DNA of 64,000 nt. Origin: Blasia pusilla. Lineage: Eukaryota. The notes beneath the pieces were generated by a model that was not told where the DNA came from, did not search any database, and saw only the letters and a program-made list of their open reading frames with translations. The translations under genes and the position numbers were made by a program. Positions 63,061-64,000 of this stretch are shown piece after piece (the stretch's first letter is position 1; every line of letters starts with the position of its first letter). The stretch lies in assembly GCA_050084515.1 (NCBI GenBank), contig CM114271.1, positions 45,508,001-45,572,000 on the forward strand, written 5' to 3'.

Positions 63061-64000
63061 GGTATTCGAGTGTTAGATCTATTTGGAGGGATTAGCACCT
63101 GGTTAGCTGCTGTTTTGCAGGCAGGAGTGCGAGTGCAGCACTACCTGTATGTGGAGAGTGATGATGTTGCAAGGTGCGTCTCACTACGATATGTGGCGCA
63201 GTTACACGTACGTTTTCCCGACTTCTTGTCTGCGTCCGCGGTACAGGGGTACCAGAGTTCCCTATCGAGGGATATTTTGTTGCTGGGGCATAGGACTTAG
63301 AGCGGGTAGTGACCATTGATTTGGTCATTGTCGGTTGGCCATGTCAAGGCCAATCGAGTGTTGGACGAGGCAACGGGTTGGCTGACACTCGGTCCAGGTT
63401 GTTTTGGGAGATGTTGAGGGTCTTACGACACTTGCAGGAGCACCAAACTTGTTCTCCAGCCTACATTTTGGAGAACGTGCCGATCTTAGGAGACTCTAGG
63501 TCACGGGTGGTGACGACTACTCATCAAGTGCATGCCTGGATCGGCCCAACAATGTTCTTGGATGCGGCGAGTGTAGGGTCTAGAGCCCATCGCCCGCGTC
63601 TATGATGGACCAACTTGGTGCCCCATGCGGTGTTACCGAGGGCGTATGCAAGAGTGGAGCACCCCTTCCATTTGTTAGTGGATTCCATTCTGGATCCAAG
63701 TCGTCGATCACAGGCAGTGAGGCACGATGATCAACCACCATTGACTGTGGTCAACAGGGTAGGCAGGCCGCGGGCAACCTTGCCCACATTTGTGAGTTTT
63801 CCCGCTTCTTATGCATACAAGGAGGCCAGTCCTGGCTTGGTTTAGGATGACCAGGTTCAGCGGTTGGTGGAGCCCAACACCAACGAGAGAGAGCGAGCAA
63901 TGGGATTTCCCACAAGAGTGAGGGCAGTACCGTAAGTGTCAGAGGCATCACGACGCCATGTCTTGGATCAGGCGATGGACTTGAACTGCTTGACATGGAT
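63061..64000 (+). pseudogene. C5 cytosine DNA methyltransferase domain (DNMT3-like) within the retroelement polyprotein
   Basis: Motif I IRVLDLFGGIS, II YLYVESD, III RDI, IV DLVIVGWPCQ (63333-63347), V SRLFWE, VI YILENV (63471-63479), VIII AHRPRL*WTN, IX ERERAMGFP, X RRHVLDQAMD. One frameshift near 63292 and three stops. Confidence 0.93.

Larger units (their letters stand above)
58070..64000 (+). mobile_element. Degenerate retrotransposon (Ty3/gypsy-like gag-protease) carrying a C5 DNA methyltransferase; continues beyond the window
   Basis: Putative LTR TGTTAGG...CGTTACA (58070 to ~60037), then gag, CCHC knuckles, aspartic protease and DNMT on one strand with no introns. Confidence 0.85.

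Noticed and set aside
61953-63328. Antisense ORFs (198, 156 and 78 aa) in the retroelement
   Set aside because: Shadows of the GC-rich sense frame, with no recognisable motifs.
63061-64000. Host DRM/DNMT3 gene or bacterial restriction-modification methylase
   Set aside because: Intronless, in frame with a retroviral-type protease, downstream of gag and decayed like the rest of the element; no PWWP/UBA domains and no partner nuclease.

Overview
Eukaryotic nuclear DNA from a non-seed land plant; a bryophyte, possibly a liverwort, is inferred from the gene content and short GT-AG introns. Five intact intron-containing host genes could be reconstructed by hand: gamma-tubulin complex component 2 (GCP2, +, 25 exons), an organellar mTERF (-, 6 exons, one GC-AG intron), EDRF1-like (+, 9 exons), a chalcone isomerase (-, 4 exons) and DPH2 (-, 10 exons). 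They are interspersed with transposon debris: a decayed Ty1/copia 3' half with PPT and LTR, a CACTA/En-Spm remnant, a family of short non-autonomous Helitrons (one nested in another) and LTR fragments. The most striking feature is at the right end. A degenerate retrotransposon with a probable LTR encodes gag, two zinc knuckles, an aspartic protease and then a full-length, non-permuted, DNMT3-like C5 cytosine methyltransferase domain in the same polyprotein. The window ends before any RT or integrase. All exon and element boundaries were read by eye and may be off by a few bases.
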